Source: an uncultured Candidatus Rokubacteria bacterium (GTDB lineage: Bacteria > Methylomirabilota > Methylomirabilia > Rokubacteriales > CSP1-6). From it: DNA of 64,000 bases. Below, piece by piece: positions 41,390-53,024 of this stretch (its first letter is position 1; each line of letters opens with the position of its first letter). Where the stretch lies: NCBI GenBank assembly GCA_963758635.1, contig CAVWWD010000005.1, positions 64,001 through 128,000 on the forward strand. The letters run 5' to 3'. Under the pieces are notes generated by a model. It made no database searches. It worked only from the letters and a program-made list of their open reading frames with translations, and was not told the origin of the DNA. The translations under genes were made by a program, and so were the position numbers.

Positions 41390-42118
41390 GTGGGAGGACG
41401 GCCGTACGAGATCAAGGACGATCCCTGGTCGAGCCACGGGATCATGCTCGCGCGGCTGGGCCCGGGCGGGGGCCGGCGCGTCCTCGACGTCGGCGCGGCC
41501 GACGGCTTCCTCTCCGAGCGGCTCGCCGCCTCCGGCTGGCGCGTCACCGCGCTCGAGCGCGACGCGCGGCAGGCCGCCGCCGCGGGCGGGCGCGCGCACA
41601 CGCTCGTCGTGGCGGACCTGGAGCAGGGCGTGCCGGCGCTGCCCGGACCGTTCGAGGCCATCGTGTGCGGGGACGTGCTCGAGCACCTGTCCGATCCCCT
41701 CGGCGTCCTTCGCGGCCTCACCGGGCACCTCGCCGCGGACGGCGTCGTCCTCGTCTCGGTGCCGAACGTCGCGCACCTCTGGATCCGGCTGTCGCTGCTC
41801 GCCGGACGCTTCGAGTACACGGACCGCGGCATCCTCGACCGCACGCACCTCCGTCACTTCACGCGGCGGACGTTCGTCGAGATGCTCCGCGACGCCGGCC
41901 TCGCGGTGAGTGAGCTCACCGCGACCCCGGTGCCCCTCGCCCTGGTGGTGCCGGAGCGCCTGCACGGGCGCTGGCTCGCCGCCGTCCAGCGGCTCGCCGC
42001 GGCGACGGCCCGCGGCTGGAAGGGCGGCCTCGCCTACCAGTTCGTGGCCGTCTGCCGGCCCGACGGCGCGCGCGCGCCGGCGGCGCCCGGCGCCGCCGCG
42101 CCCGCGCGACCGGCATGA
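41390..42118 (+). CDS. Class I SAM-dependent methyltransferase
   Basis: VLDVGAADG, DVLEH, GILDRTHLRHFT; GTG after GGGAGGGAG, alternative ATG at 41267. Confidence 0.75.
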   Translation: MGGRPYEIKDDPWSSHGIMLARLGPGGGRRVLDVGAADGFLSERLAASGWRVTALERDARQAAAAGGRAHTLVVADLEQGVPALPGPFEAIVCGDVLEHLSDPLGVLRGLTGHLAADGVVLVSVPNVAHLWIRLSLLAGRFEYTDRGILDRTHLRHFTRRTFVEMLRDAGLAVSELTATPVPLALVVPERLHGRWLAAVQRLAAATARGWKGGLAYQFVAVCRPDGARAPAAPGAAAPARPA

Positions 42119-42906
42119 GCCAGCCCAAGGTCGTCGTGGTGATGCCCGCCTACAACGCCGGGCGCACCCTCCGGCTGACCTACGAGGAGCTGCCGAAGGA
42201 CTCGGTCAACCTCGTCATCCTGGTCGACGACGGCTCGACCGACGCCACGCTCGAGATCGCGCGGGGCCTCGGCCTCGAGGTCTTCGTCCACGACCGGAAC
42301 TACGGCTACGGCGCCAACCAGAAGACGTGCTACACGGAGGCGCTGCGCGCGGGCGCCGACATCGTGGTGATGGTGCACCCCGACTACCAGTACGATCCGA
42401 CGCTCGTGCCCGAGATCATCAAGCCCATCGTGACCGGGGTCGCCGACGTGGTGCTGGGCTCGCGGCTGGCCGGCGGGGGCTCGGCCGTCCAGCAGGGGAT
42501 GCCGTGGTGGAAGTACGTGGCCAACCGCTTCCTCACGGGGATCGAGAACCGCGCGTTTTCGCTCTCGCTCTCCGAGTTCCACACCGGGTACCGGGCGTTC
42601 TCGCGAGAGGTGCTGGACACCGTCAACTTCCGGATGAACTCCGACGGCTTCGTTTTCGACCAGGAGATCATCGCGCAGGTGGTGGCGGCGAACTTCCGCA
42701 TCGGCGAGATCGCCGTCCCCGTGCGCTACTTCGCCGAGGCGTCCTCGGCGAGCTTCCTCGACTCGTGCGTGTACGGGACCAAGATCCTCTGGGTGGTGAC
42801 GCGCTACCTCCTCCACCGCTCGGGGCTCAAGCGCTCGCGCCGCCTGCAGGCGATCAGCCGCCGCTACGCGCGGATGCCCGACACCCTGCCGCCGCCGGAG
42901 GGCTAG
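42115..42906 (+). CDS. GT2 glycosyltransferase (polyprenyl-phosphate sugar synthase-like)
   Basis: VMPAYN, VDDGSTD, HPDYQY, VLGSR. Confidence 0.85.
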   Translation: MSQPKVVVVMPAYNAGRTLRLTYEELPKDSVNLVILVDDGSTDATLEIARGLGLEVFVHDRNYGYGANQKTCYTEALRAGADIVVMVHPDYQYDPTLVPEIIKPIVTGVADVVLGSRLAGGGSAVQQGMPWWKYVANRFLTGIENRAFSLSLSEFHTGYRAFSREVLDTVNFRMNSDGFVFDQEIIAQVVAANFRIGEIAVPVRYFAEASSASFLDSCVYGTKILWVVTRYLLHRSGLKRSRRLQAISRRYARMPDTLPPPEG

Positions 42907-42986
42907 TGTCCCTCGCAGAATGCGGTAACCGTCACGGGCCTCTATAATCCCACCGCTCGGCATTGGTCCGATGCTCGAGGCTCTAG
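42903..42986 (+). repeat. Repeat family A, copy 2
   Basis: Starts on the TAG stop of the GT2 gene. Confidence 0.85.
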
Positions 42987-43032
42987 TGTCCGGCTCCCGG
43001 CCCGATCGCGGGCCGCCTCCGAGGGGCCGGCG

Positions 43033-44583
43033 ATGATCACGTCCCTCCTCGACCTCCTGATCGCTCTCGTCGCCGCCGCGCTCCTCGCCTCGCTCGCCAC
43101 GGGCTGGGCGCGACCCGAGGACATCTTCCTGGCCCTGCTCGCGGCGCTCGCGCTCCGGCTGTGGGCGCGGCCGGCGCCCGTGCCGGACCTCCGTCCGCGG
43201 CGGGTGGTGGCGGTGGGCGTGATCGCCTACGCGTGCGTCTTCACCTTCGTCACCGTCAGCCGGCACGTGACGTTCGACACGCACGCGCTCGACCTCGGCT
43301 ACTACGTGCAGCTCGTGTGGAGCCTCGCCACGGGACGCGGGCCGCGGGTGAGCCTGCCGGAGATGCACGCCTGGGGGGACCACCTCTCGCCGATCCTCTA
43401 TCTCCTCGTCCCGATCTTCTGGGTGACCCCGGGGCCGGTGGCCCTGCTCGTCGCGCAGTCGGTGGCGCTCGCGCTCGGCGGCGTGGCCACGTTCGCGCTC
43501 GCGCGGCGGCGGCTCGGCGACGAGCGCCCGGCCGCCGCGTTCGCCGTGCTCTACCTCCTGAACCCGTCGCTCCACGGGATCAACGTGCGCGACTTCCACG
43601 CCGCCGCGCTCGCCATCCCGCTGCTGCTCGCCGCGCTCGCCTTCGCGGAGGCGCGGCGCTTCTGGCTCCTCGGCGGCGCGCTCCTGCTCACGCTGGCGTG
43701 CCGGGAGGACGCGGCGCTACCCGTGGGCGGCGTCGGCGCCTGGCTGGCTGTCCGTCACGGGTACTGGCTGGGCGGCGCCGCGCTCTCGCTGGGCGCCCTC
43801 GCCACGCTCGCCGTGCTCCTGCAGTGGGTCATCCCGTCGTATCGCCACGAGCCCTACAGCCACCTGTGGCGGTACACGGCCCACGGTCAGTCGCTCGGAG
43901 AGATCGTGGGGACGCTGCTCCTGCAGCCCGTCCGCACGGTCCAGTACCTGATGAGCGGCCGGCGCCTCGTGTACCTCGCCGCCCTCGGCGCCCCGCTCGC
44001 GTTCCTCCCGCTGCGGGCGCCGATCGACCTGGTGGGCGCGGCGCCCGCGCTCCTGCAGAACCTCCTGAGCAGCGACCCCATCCTCTTCCACCACCGCACG
44101 CAGTACCAGGCCTTCGTGCTGCCGTTCCTCGTCCTCGCCGCCATCGCCGGCTACGACCGCCTGGCCACGCGCCGGCCGGGGCGCTGGCCGGTGCGCGTCC
44201 TCGTCGTGGCCATGCTCGTCAGCCTGGCGCTGGCGTCACGGACGGTGAACCAGTTCGCGGTGACCCGCTGGCTCCCGTCGGCCGACGACCGCGCCGCCCA
44301 TGCCGTGCTCGCCCGCGTGCCGCCCGAGGCCTCGGTGTCCGCGCACGAGCGCTACGTGCCCCACATGTCCCTGCGCCCGCTCGTGTTCGTGTTCCCGGTG
44401 GGCCTCGACAAGGCGGATTACGTGATGCTGCACGCGGCGAGCTATCCGTGGCGAAACCTGCCGGGCGTCACGCTCTCGTGGGAGGGCGACCGCGCGTCGA
44501 TCGCCGTCACGGAGACCGGATCGACCCACGAGTACGTCGTGGTCGCCGAGGGAAGCTCGCAGCTCCTGCTGCGGCGCCGGTGA
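43033..44583 (+). CDS. DUF2079-like membrane protein (putative GT-C)
   Basis: DLGYY, DHLSPIL, DFH, CRED motifs; multiple TM segments. Confidence 0.7.
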   Translation: MITSLLDLLIALVAAALLASLATGWARPEDIFLALLAALALRLWARPAPVPDLRPRRVVAVGVIAYACVFTFVTVSRHVTFDTHALDLGYYVQLVWSLATGRGPRVSLPEMHAWGDHLSPILYLLVPIFWVTPGPVALLVAQSVALALGGVATFALARRRLGDERPAAAFAVLYLLNPSLHGINVRDFHAAALAIPLLLAALAFAEARRFWLLGGALLLTLACREDAALPVGGVGAWLAVRHGYWLGGAALSLGALATLAVLLQWVIPSYRHEPYSHLWRYTAHGQSLGEIVGTLLLQPVRTVQYLMSGRRLVYLAALGAPLAFLPLRAPIDLVGAAPALLQNLLSSDPILFHHRTQYQAFVLPFLVLAAIAGYDRLATRRPGRWPVRVLVVAMLVSLALASRTVNQFAVTRWLPSADDRAAHAVLARVPPEASVSAHERYVPHMSLRPLVFVFPVGLDKADYVMLHAASYPWRNLPGVTLSWEGDRASIAVTETGSTHEYVVVAEGSSQLLLRRR

Positions 44584-44649
44584 CGGGGACGCCGCGCTCG
44601 AGCGCCGCGGGGCAGGGGCTCTGCGCGGCCGCAACAGCGCGCCGCGAGT

Positions 44650-44794
44650 GGGCGGCGGGGAGGCACCTGGGGTCGAGGCGGCCCTTCCCCTCCATCGGTC
44701 ATCGGACCCCGCCCGCCCGGATGGAGCCCAGCCGCAACGGGGCAGCGCACGCGTGCGGCGTGGTCCCGCGACCCCAGGTGCCTCCCCGCCGCCC
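44650..44794. repeat. Repeat family B, copy 3
   Basis: Same TIR and core; between convergent genes; flanks extend the palindrome (GCCGCAACA ... TGTTGCGGC). Confidence 0.85.
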
Positions 44795-44859
44795 GCCCTC
44801 GCGCTCTTGTTGCGGCTCTGCGCGGGGCTACCGCGTAGGGGGCAGCGCGCGGGCGGCGG

Positions 44860-45276
44860 TCAGGCGGGCTCGGGGTTGGCGCCGCCCAGGATGTGGGACG
44901 CGTGGTGGTGGACGATCAGCCACACGCCGCCGCGGCGCTCGAACACGTTGGTGGCCAGGAGCGTCGTGACCGCGATGTTGCCCCCGGCCTGGGACAGGAT
45001 GTTCTCGGTGCACGTGACCCACGCGATGTCGCCGTCCACGCGCGCGTCGACGTCGCCGATGGAAAACCGCATCTCGCGGCTGTCCTTGAAGATCGCCTCC
45101 CACGAGCGCCGGACGCTCTCCCAGCCCGAGAGCATCGCCCAGCCCGGATGAATGCAGCGGACGTGGTCGCCGTGCCCCCACAGCCGGTCCATCTCCTCGA
45201 GGTCCCGCGCCTCGAGCGTGCGGTAGAACCGCGCGTTCGCCTCCTCGACGTTGGGGGTGTCGTCGCCCGGGCTCAC
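44860..45276 (-). CDS. SnoaL/NTF2-like protein
   Basis: ANARFY, CIHPGW, ATNVF, HHHAS. Confidence 0.8.
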   Translation of the reverse strand: MSPGDDTPNVEEANARFYRTLEARDLEEMDRLWGHGDHVRCIHPGWAMLSGWESVRRSWEAIFKDSREMRFSIGDVDARVDGDIAWVTCTENILSQAGGNIAVTTLLATNVFERRGGVWLIVHHHASHILGGANPEPA

Positions 45277-45614
45277 GGCCGCGAGACCACCACGGCGTCC
45301 CCGTCGAGCGAGACGGCGAGCCGCTCCAGGCGGGCGCCGGGGCAGGGGCCCTCCACGCACACGCCGGTGTCGGGGGCGAAGATCGCGCCGTGGGTGGCGC
45401 AGATCAGGTACCGGCCATCCTCCGTCCAGAACTCGTTGGGCCAGAGGTCGAGCGGCGTGCCCGCGTGGGGGCAGCGGTTCACGTAAGCATGGTAGCGGCC
45501 CTCGTGATTGACGACGAGCGCGCGCATCGCCCCCAGACGGAAGCTCGCCGTCTGGCCGGGCCCGAGCGACTCGGCGGGACAGCGCCAGGCGTGCACGTCG
45601 GACGCGGGATCCAC
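45273..45614 (-). CDS. Rieske 2Fe-2S ferredoxin
   Basis: NRCPH and CATHGAIF motifs. Confidence 0.85.
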   Translation of the reverse strand: MDPASDVHAWRCPAESLGPGQTASFRLGAMRALVVNHEGRYHAYVNRCPHAGTPLDLWPNEFWTEDGRYLICATHGAIFAPDTGVCVEGPCPGARLERLAVSLDGDAVVVSRP

Positions 45615-45704
45615 GCCCAGGTTCTATCAGATCGATCCGGGAGTGTAAATGCGACGCGGCCCACGTCCGGGGGCGCGGGAGGGCGCGTGCTAGGATGGCC
45701 GAGT

Positions 45705-46640
45705 ATGCTCGCCGTCGACGCGCGAGGTCTAGAGAAGACGTTCCGGAGCGGGTGGGTCCAGCGGCGCGTCAATCCCGCGCTCCGCGGCGTCGACCTCCAG
45801 GTGCCGCGCGGAGCGATCTACGGGCTCCTGGGCCCGAACGGGGCGGGGAAGACCACGCTCCTGTCCATCCTCGCCACGCTCCTCCTGCCCGACCGCGGCT
45901 CCGCGCGCATCCTGGGCCACGACGTCGTCGCCGAGAGCCTCGCCGTGCGCCGTCGTGTGAACATGGCCAGCGGCAACGCGTCGTTCGTGTGGAGCCTGCG
46001 GCCCCCCGAGGTCCTCCGGTTCTACGGCCGCCTCTACGGGCTGTCCGGCCGGACGCTCGCCGCGCGGGTGGACGACCTGCTCGAGCGGTTCGAGCTGACC
46101 GCCCACCTGCGCACCGAGTACAACGAGCTGTCGACCGGCCTCAAGCAGCGGCTGGCCCTCGCCAAGGCCCTGCTCAACGAGCCGGACGTGCTCTTCCTGG
46201 ACGAGCCCACGCTCGGCCTCGACCCCGACGTGTCGATCCGCATCCGCGCCCAGGTCGCCGAGCTCCGCCGGACGCGCGGCACGACGGTGATCCTGACCAC
46301 GCACTACATGCGCGAGGCCGATGAGCTCTGCGACGAGATCGCCTTCATCAAGGGCGGCCGGATCCTCGCCCAGGGCACGCCGGACGCCCTCAAGCGGCAG
46401 ATCCGGCTGGGCGACGTGATCGCGCTGCGCCTGGATCCCGTCGAGCCCGCCGGCCTCGCCGGGATGCCCGGCGTCCTCGAGCTGCGGCGGCGCGGCGACC
46501 GCGTCGAGTGCACGGTGGACGCCGCGGACAAGCGGGTGCCCGAGATCCTCAGGTGGCTCGCCGACCAGGGGGTCGTGGTGCGCGAGTGCCAGGTGCGCGA
46601 GCCCGACCTGGAGGAGGTCTTCGTTGAGCTCGCCCGCTGA
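45705..46640 (+). CDS. ABC-2 type exporter ATPase
   Basis: GPNGAGKTT, LDEPTLGLD, TTHYM. Confidence 0.85.
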   Translation: MLAVDARGLEKTFRSGWVQRRVNPALRGVDLQVPRGAIYGLLGPNGAGKTTLLSILATLLLPDRGSARILGHDVVAESLAVRRRVNMASGNASFVWSLRPPEVLRFYGRLYGLSGRTLAARVDDLLERFELTAHLRTEYNELSTGLKQRLALAKALLNEPDVLFLDEPTLGLDPDVSIRIRAQVAELRRTRGTTVILTTHYMREADELCDEIAFIKGGRILAQGTPDALKRQIRLGDVIALRLDPVEPAGLAGMPGVLELRRRGDRVECTVDAADKRVPEILRWLADQGVVVRECQVREPDLEEVFVELAR

Positions 46641-47458
46641 GGCGGCGGCCCCCGCGCTCGCCGAGACGCTCCGGCAGGAGTGGGTGCGGACGTCCGCCTT
46701 CGCCTACCGGAACGTCATCATGGCCCGCCGCAACGTGTTCTTCCTGTTCGAGCTGACGTTCTGGCCCGGCGTGGCCATGCTCTCGCACGGGCTGCTCACG
46801 CGCTTCCTCGACCTCACGCCGCAGATGACGGCGTTCATCCTGGTCGGCACGGTGGCGCTCTCCGCCGTGCAGGTGTGCCAGCTCGACGTGGCCTACGCGG
46901 TCCTCTTCGACATCTGGTCCAAGTCGATGAAGCACCAGTTCCTGACCCCAGTCGGCATCCGCCACCTCGCCGTCGGCGCATGGCTGGTCGGGGTCGCGCG
47001 GGGGATCGCCGTGTTCGCCCTCATGGCGGCGATCGGGACGTGGGCCTTCGGCTTCGACTTCCTCGGCTCGGGGGTCGCGAGCCTCGCCGTGTTCCTGCTC
47101 GGCTGCTTCCTCACCGCGCTCGCCGTGGGCCTCTTCGTGTGCACGCTCGTGCTGCTCTTCGGCACGCGCGCCGAGACGTTCGGCGTGGGCCGCCGTGAAC
47201 TTCCTCGTGATGTTGGCCGGCGTGTACTACCCGGTGTCGGTCCTGCCGGAATGGGTGCAGGCGCTCTCGGCGCTGATCCCGCTCACGTATCTCCTCGACG
47301 CCATGCGGGCCGGGTACGGATTCCCGTCGAGCTTCGCGTATCCCGAGATGAAGGGGCTGGCCCTGGCGTGCGTCTACGTCGCCCTCGGCCACTGGGCGCT
47401 CGCCGCGGCCATCACGCACGCGCGGCGCAGTGGGCTCCTGCTCAAGCTCTCGGAGTGA
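46624..47458 (+). CDS. ABC-2 type permease (frameshift near 47180)
   Basis: Hydrophobic ORF; C-terminal GVYYPVSVLP...PLTY in a second frame. Confidence 0.7.
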
Positions 47459-47485
47459 GGGGCGGGCGAGCCCCGCTCGCCGGCC

Positions 47486-48043
47486 TCAGCGGCCGAGGAA
47501 CTTCCGCACACTCTCCGCGATGCCAGCGGCGTCGAGGCCGTGCTTCGCATAGAGGCCCTTCGCGTCCCCCGACTCGCCGAAGCTCTTCACGGCCACGCGC
47601 TTGAGGGGCGTCGGCATCTCCTCGCCGAGGAGCTCGGCCACCGCGCCGCCGAGCCCGCCCGCCGGCGCGTGATCCTCGACGGTGACGACGTGCCCGGTCT
47701 TGCCCGCGGAGCGGAGGATCGTCTCCTCGTCGAGCGGCTTGATCGTGGACACGTTGATCACGTCGGCGTGGATGCCCTCGGCGGCGAGCGTCCGCGCCGC
47801 CTCGAGCGAGTTCCAGAGCGGCCCCCCCGAGGCGAGGATGCTCACGTCGTTGCCCGACCGGAGCGGATGGGCCCGGCCGAACTGGAAGCGGTAGCCCTCG
47901 TCGTGCACGGGCTCGAGGTTCTGGCGGGTGAGGCGGAGGTAGATCGGGCCGGGATGACCGGAGCCGGCGTGGGTGATCATCCGGATGATCTGCACGCGGC
48001 ACTCGCGGGCGATCTCGTGGAGCTTCGGCAGGTCGGGCTTCAC
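47486..48043 (-). pseudogene. Internally deleted transketolase (N-terminal ~32 aa joined to the C-terminal domain)
   Basis: AGSGHPG joined directly to PIYLRL...TIKPLD...TVEDH..GGLG. Confidence 0.7.
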
Positions 48044-48094
48044 GCGAGTCCTCCATGGCGTGCGCGAGGGGATCGTGGACGGTCGGGTTTCACG

Positions 48095-48180
48095 CTATCG
48101 AGCCCCGCGCATCAGACCAATGCCGAGCGGTGGGATTGTAGGGGCCCGTGGCGGTTACCGTATTCTGCGAGGGTCATTAG
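48095..48180 (-). repeat. Repeat family A, copy 3
   Basis: Starts on the TAA stop of the PmbA-like gene. Confidence 0.85.
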
Positions 48181-49731
48181 TCCTCCGTGGCGTGCGCGAT
48201 GGCGTCGACGTGGACACCGCGCACCGCGATCTCGGGCGCGTACACGACCTCGTCGGCGGCCCACACGAGCGTCCCCCGCGGGCGCTTGCCGACGCCCACG
48301 ATGTCGCGGAGCACCCGCGTCACGTCGTCGTTGATGCGGATCACGTTGGCGGCGAGCGGCTCGGCGAGGCGGCCGTCGCGGATGATAAAGGAGTCGCCCA
48401 CGACGGTGCAAGTGAACGCGCCCGCGCGGAGCCCGTTGATCGGGTACGTGTACCAGATGCGGCCCACGTAGAGCCCGTCCCGCACGCGCGCGAGGAGCTC
48501 GTCGCGCCCGAGGGGCGCCGCCGCCTCCACGAGCACGTTCGAGGCGGCCGCGCCGGGCTGGGTGTCGAAGGCGCGGCCCCCCATCCCGGTGTAGCGGAAA
48601 CCGTTCCGCGCGACCAGGGCGGACGCGGCGCCGGCAGGATCCACGCCCAGCTTCTCGCGCGCCGCGGGGTCGTGGAGCAGGCGCTGCGCGTCGTACCACG
48701 TGGTGAGGAGCCCCACGAGGCGGCCGTCGCGGATCAGCTCGGTCCGGCCCGTGGGCAGCCCCTCGCAGGTGATGCCCTTCGAGCCCATGAGGCCGGGCAG
48801 GGCCCCATGGTCGGTGAGCGAGAGCTCGCGCGCCGCGACGGACTGGCCGAGCCGGCCGGCGAACGGCGTGGCCGCGGCGTAGAACGAGCTCGCGTGACAC
48901 GCCGGCAAGACCAGGTTCGACAGGAGATCGGTCACGGGCTGCGGGCCGAAGACCACCGTGTAGTCGCCGGACGGCACGCGCGCGCCGCCGACGGCGGCCA
49001 CCGCGGCCTGCGCGGCGTCCACGCCCGCCTCGTCGGTGAACTCGTGCAGACGCGTCCCCGTGGACCAGCCCGAGCCCTTGGCATCGCGCGTCTCCACCAT
49101 GGCGGTGATGCCGCTCGTCATGAGCGTGGACTCGTCGGTCTGGACGCCGGGCAGGTGGGTCGAGGCGATCGCCATGCGCTCCTGCAGGATCGTCACGTCG
49201 CCGCCGCCGATGAGGCCGAGCCGCGCCAGGTCGGCCTCGGTGGGGACGAGCGCGGCCAGCTTGGACGACGCGAGGAAGGCGCCCAGCGCGCCGCGGAGCA
49301 CCTTCCAGCCCGCCTCCACGAGGTCCTCGTCGCCGACCGCCATCAGCGCGGGGGTCGTGGTAGTCGAAGAGCGCCCGCCGCTCGGCGCCGGGGCGGGGGA
49401 GCGACACGAACTCCGGGTCCCGCACGGCGGCGCGCCGCGCCTTGGCGAACGCCCGCTCCGCGCCGGCGCGCGAGAGGTCGCTCGGCTCGGCGCCGAAGCC
49501 CAGGAGCACGCCGTCAGGGGAGTCCAGCGCGACCTGGATGCCGAGCCCGAGCGTCTCGGTGGACTTCGGCTCCTCGACGCCGTTGCAGGGGATGTGCGAG
49601 CTGTAGTTGAGGCGGCTCAGGAGGACGCCGTTGGCGGAGGCGAACACCTCGGCCTCCCGCACGCCCGGCTGCGCGGAGACGAGCTCGTGCGCGGCGGCCA
49701 CCGCGCGCGCGAGGGTGGCGGCGTCGATCAC
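48177..49731 (-). CDS. Divergent TldE/PmbA-like protein (frameshift near 49345)
   Basis: EAEVF, PSGDYTVVFGP, TCEG, LIRDGRL, GLYVGRIWY; no HExxxH. Confidence 0.7.
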
Positions 49732-49780
49732 GCGCGCCCGCTCCGCGGCGCGCCGGCGGCGACGCCCCGCCGTGAGCGCA

Positions 49781-50194
49781 TCAGCCCTTCTTCCCGGGGG
49801 CGGACTCGGTGGGGTACTGCTTGGCGCGCCAGCCGGGGATGCCCTCGTCGAGGATCACCATGTTGCGGAAGCCCGCCTGGTACAGCACCTTGTTGGCCCC
49901 CCGGGCCAGCGTGTGCGGGCACGCTCAGTAGAGGGTCACCGTCTCCTGCCGGGGCACCTCGGCGAGACGGCGGGGCAATTCGCGGAGCGGGATGTTCCGG
50001 GCCCCGCGGATGTGGAGGTCGTCGAACTGCTCGCGCTCCCGCACGTCGATGAACACGACGCGCTTGCCCGCGTCGAGCATGGCCTTGGCCTCGTCGACCG
50101 AGACGTAGCGCTCCGGCACCTCGGGATCTCCCGCCGGCGCCACGGTGGCGGCCAGAAGCACGCCCACGAAGCAGAGCGCCGCCGGGATCTTCAT
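49781..50194 (-). CDS. Exported rhodanese-domain protein, putative selenoprotein (TGA at 49925-49927 read as Sec)
   Basis: Signal peptide, IDVR, HIRGA, VTLY-TGA-ACPH, then in frame LYQAGF...LDEGIPGW...YP to a stop at 49781. Confidence 0.8.
49885..49916 (-). promoter_or_regulatory. Candidate bacterial SECIS hairpin
   Basis: Upper stem TGGCCC/GGGCCA with a G loop starting 16 nt after the TGA; lower stem GCAC/GTGC. Confidence 0.55.
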
Positions 50195-51761
50195 CGGGCC
50201 CGCTCCCCGGTGAGCACGGCGCGCGTGCGCATCGTGGGACCGCCGTTGCCGAGCCGCCGCGTCTGCATGGGCTGGCCCTTTCCGCAGTTGGGGATCGGGT
50301 AGAGGCGGAAGTCACGGCCGACCGCGTCCACGTTCATCAGATAGGCGCGCGTGTCCGCCATGATGCCGCCGTCCCGGTACAGCCGCCCGAGCCGGCCGCG
50401 CTCGATCTCGTAGACGCGGCGCGCGGAGATCCGGAAGTTCTCGCGGCTCTCGGCGATCGACGGGATCTTGTGGCCCACGAGGTAGTAGCCGTGGTCCACG
50501 CCGGCGATGATGTCGGCGGGGTCGGCGTCTCCCGCCGCGAACACCGTGCTCGACATGCGCACGAGGGGGACGAGCCACGCCTCCGTGGCCTTCCAGTGCC
50601 CGTTCGGCGCGCCCCCGAAGACGGCCGCGGTCTGCCGGCTGTTCATGAAGCCGGTGAACACCCCGGCGTCGATGTGGACGACACGCGCGGCGGGGGTCCC
50701 CTCGTGGTCGTAGGCGTAGTGCCCGTAGCCGGGCAGCGACGGATCGGAGAACGCGCTGACGAGCGGCGAGGCGATGCGACGGCCGAGCTCGTGGCGCGTG
50801 AGGTCGCGGAGGAGCCACGACCGGCCCGCGTACGCCGTCTCCATCTTGAGCCCGCGGTCGAGCTCGACGGGATGCCCCACGATCTCGTGGGAGACGAGCG
50901 TGTTGTAGTGCGGGTCGGTGACGACCGTGACCTCGCCGGCGGCCGCGGGCAGCGCGGGCGCGCGCGCCAGCTCCGCGGCCTCCGCCCCCAGGGCCAGCGC
51001 GAACTCGGCGAAGGGCGGGGCGGGCATGAGGGGGTCGGCGATGCCCGCGGTCAGGATCTCCCAGCCGCGCTGGTGGCCGACGACGTCGTAGAGCTCCTGG
51101 CTGCCCTCGTCGCCGCCCGCCACCACGTAGCCGAAGCCCTGGGTCAGGGCGAAGGACTGGTCGATCAGGGCGCCCTCGGACGAGGCGAACAGCTCGCGCG
51201 CGAGCTGCGTCGTGGTGGAGATCGCGTTGTAGCGGACCCCGGGGTCGACGCCGGCGACGCGCCGAGAAACGTCGGTGGTGAAGCGGACCATCTCGTCGAG
51301 CGCCATGGCCCGGGGATCGACCTCGAACGTGGCCGCGACCACGTCGCGACAGACGCGGACGGGGGCCAGGCGCGTGTCGGCCAGGCACTCGCCGAGGCTC
51401 CCGAACTTGCCCCGGGCGTCGGCCTTGCCCTCCGCGTTGGCGAGCGCGCGACGATGCGCCGTCCGGAGGCCCTCGGCGAGGATCTCGCCGAGGCGGGGCA
51501 GGTCGGCCACGCCGAGCACGCGGCCGTAGTAGCCGGGCGCCACCGCGCGCGCGCCCGCGAGCACGCGGAGGCCCATGGCGAACGCGTAGTCGTCGCCCGC
51601 GCCCTTGGCCTCGCCGTTCTCGGCGGAGGCGTGCTTCGACTCCGCCACCTCGAGACGGAGGTCGGCGTAGGCCAGGTGGGGCAGGGCGCGCGCCCGCACG
51701 GTCACGGTCTCCTCGGCGAGGGCGGCGATGTCGCCGATCAGCTCGGTGCGGATGCGGTCGG

Positions 51762-51765
<4 letters not shown>
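50191..51765 (-). CDS. Divergent TldD-like metalloprotease
   Basis: YADLR, HEIVGHPVELDR, YDHEG, CGKGQP; overlaps both neighbours by 4 nt. Confidence 0.8.
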
Positions 51766-52967
<1,202 letters not shown>

Positions 52968-53024
52968 GGGCGTCATTATACCGGGCCGTCGAAGGCCGGA
53001 ACCCGCGTGCTACGATCGCGCGCG

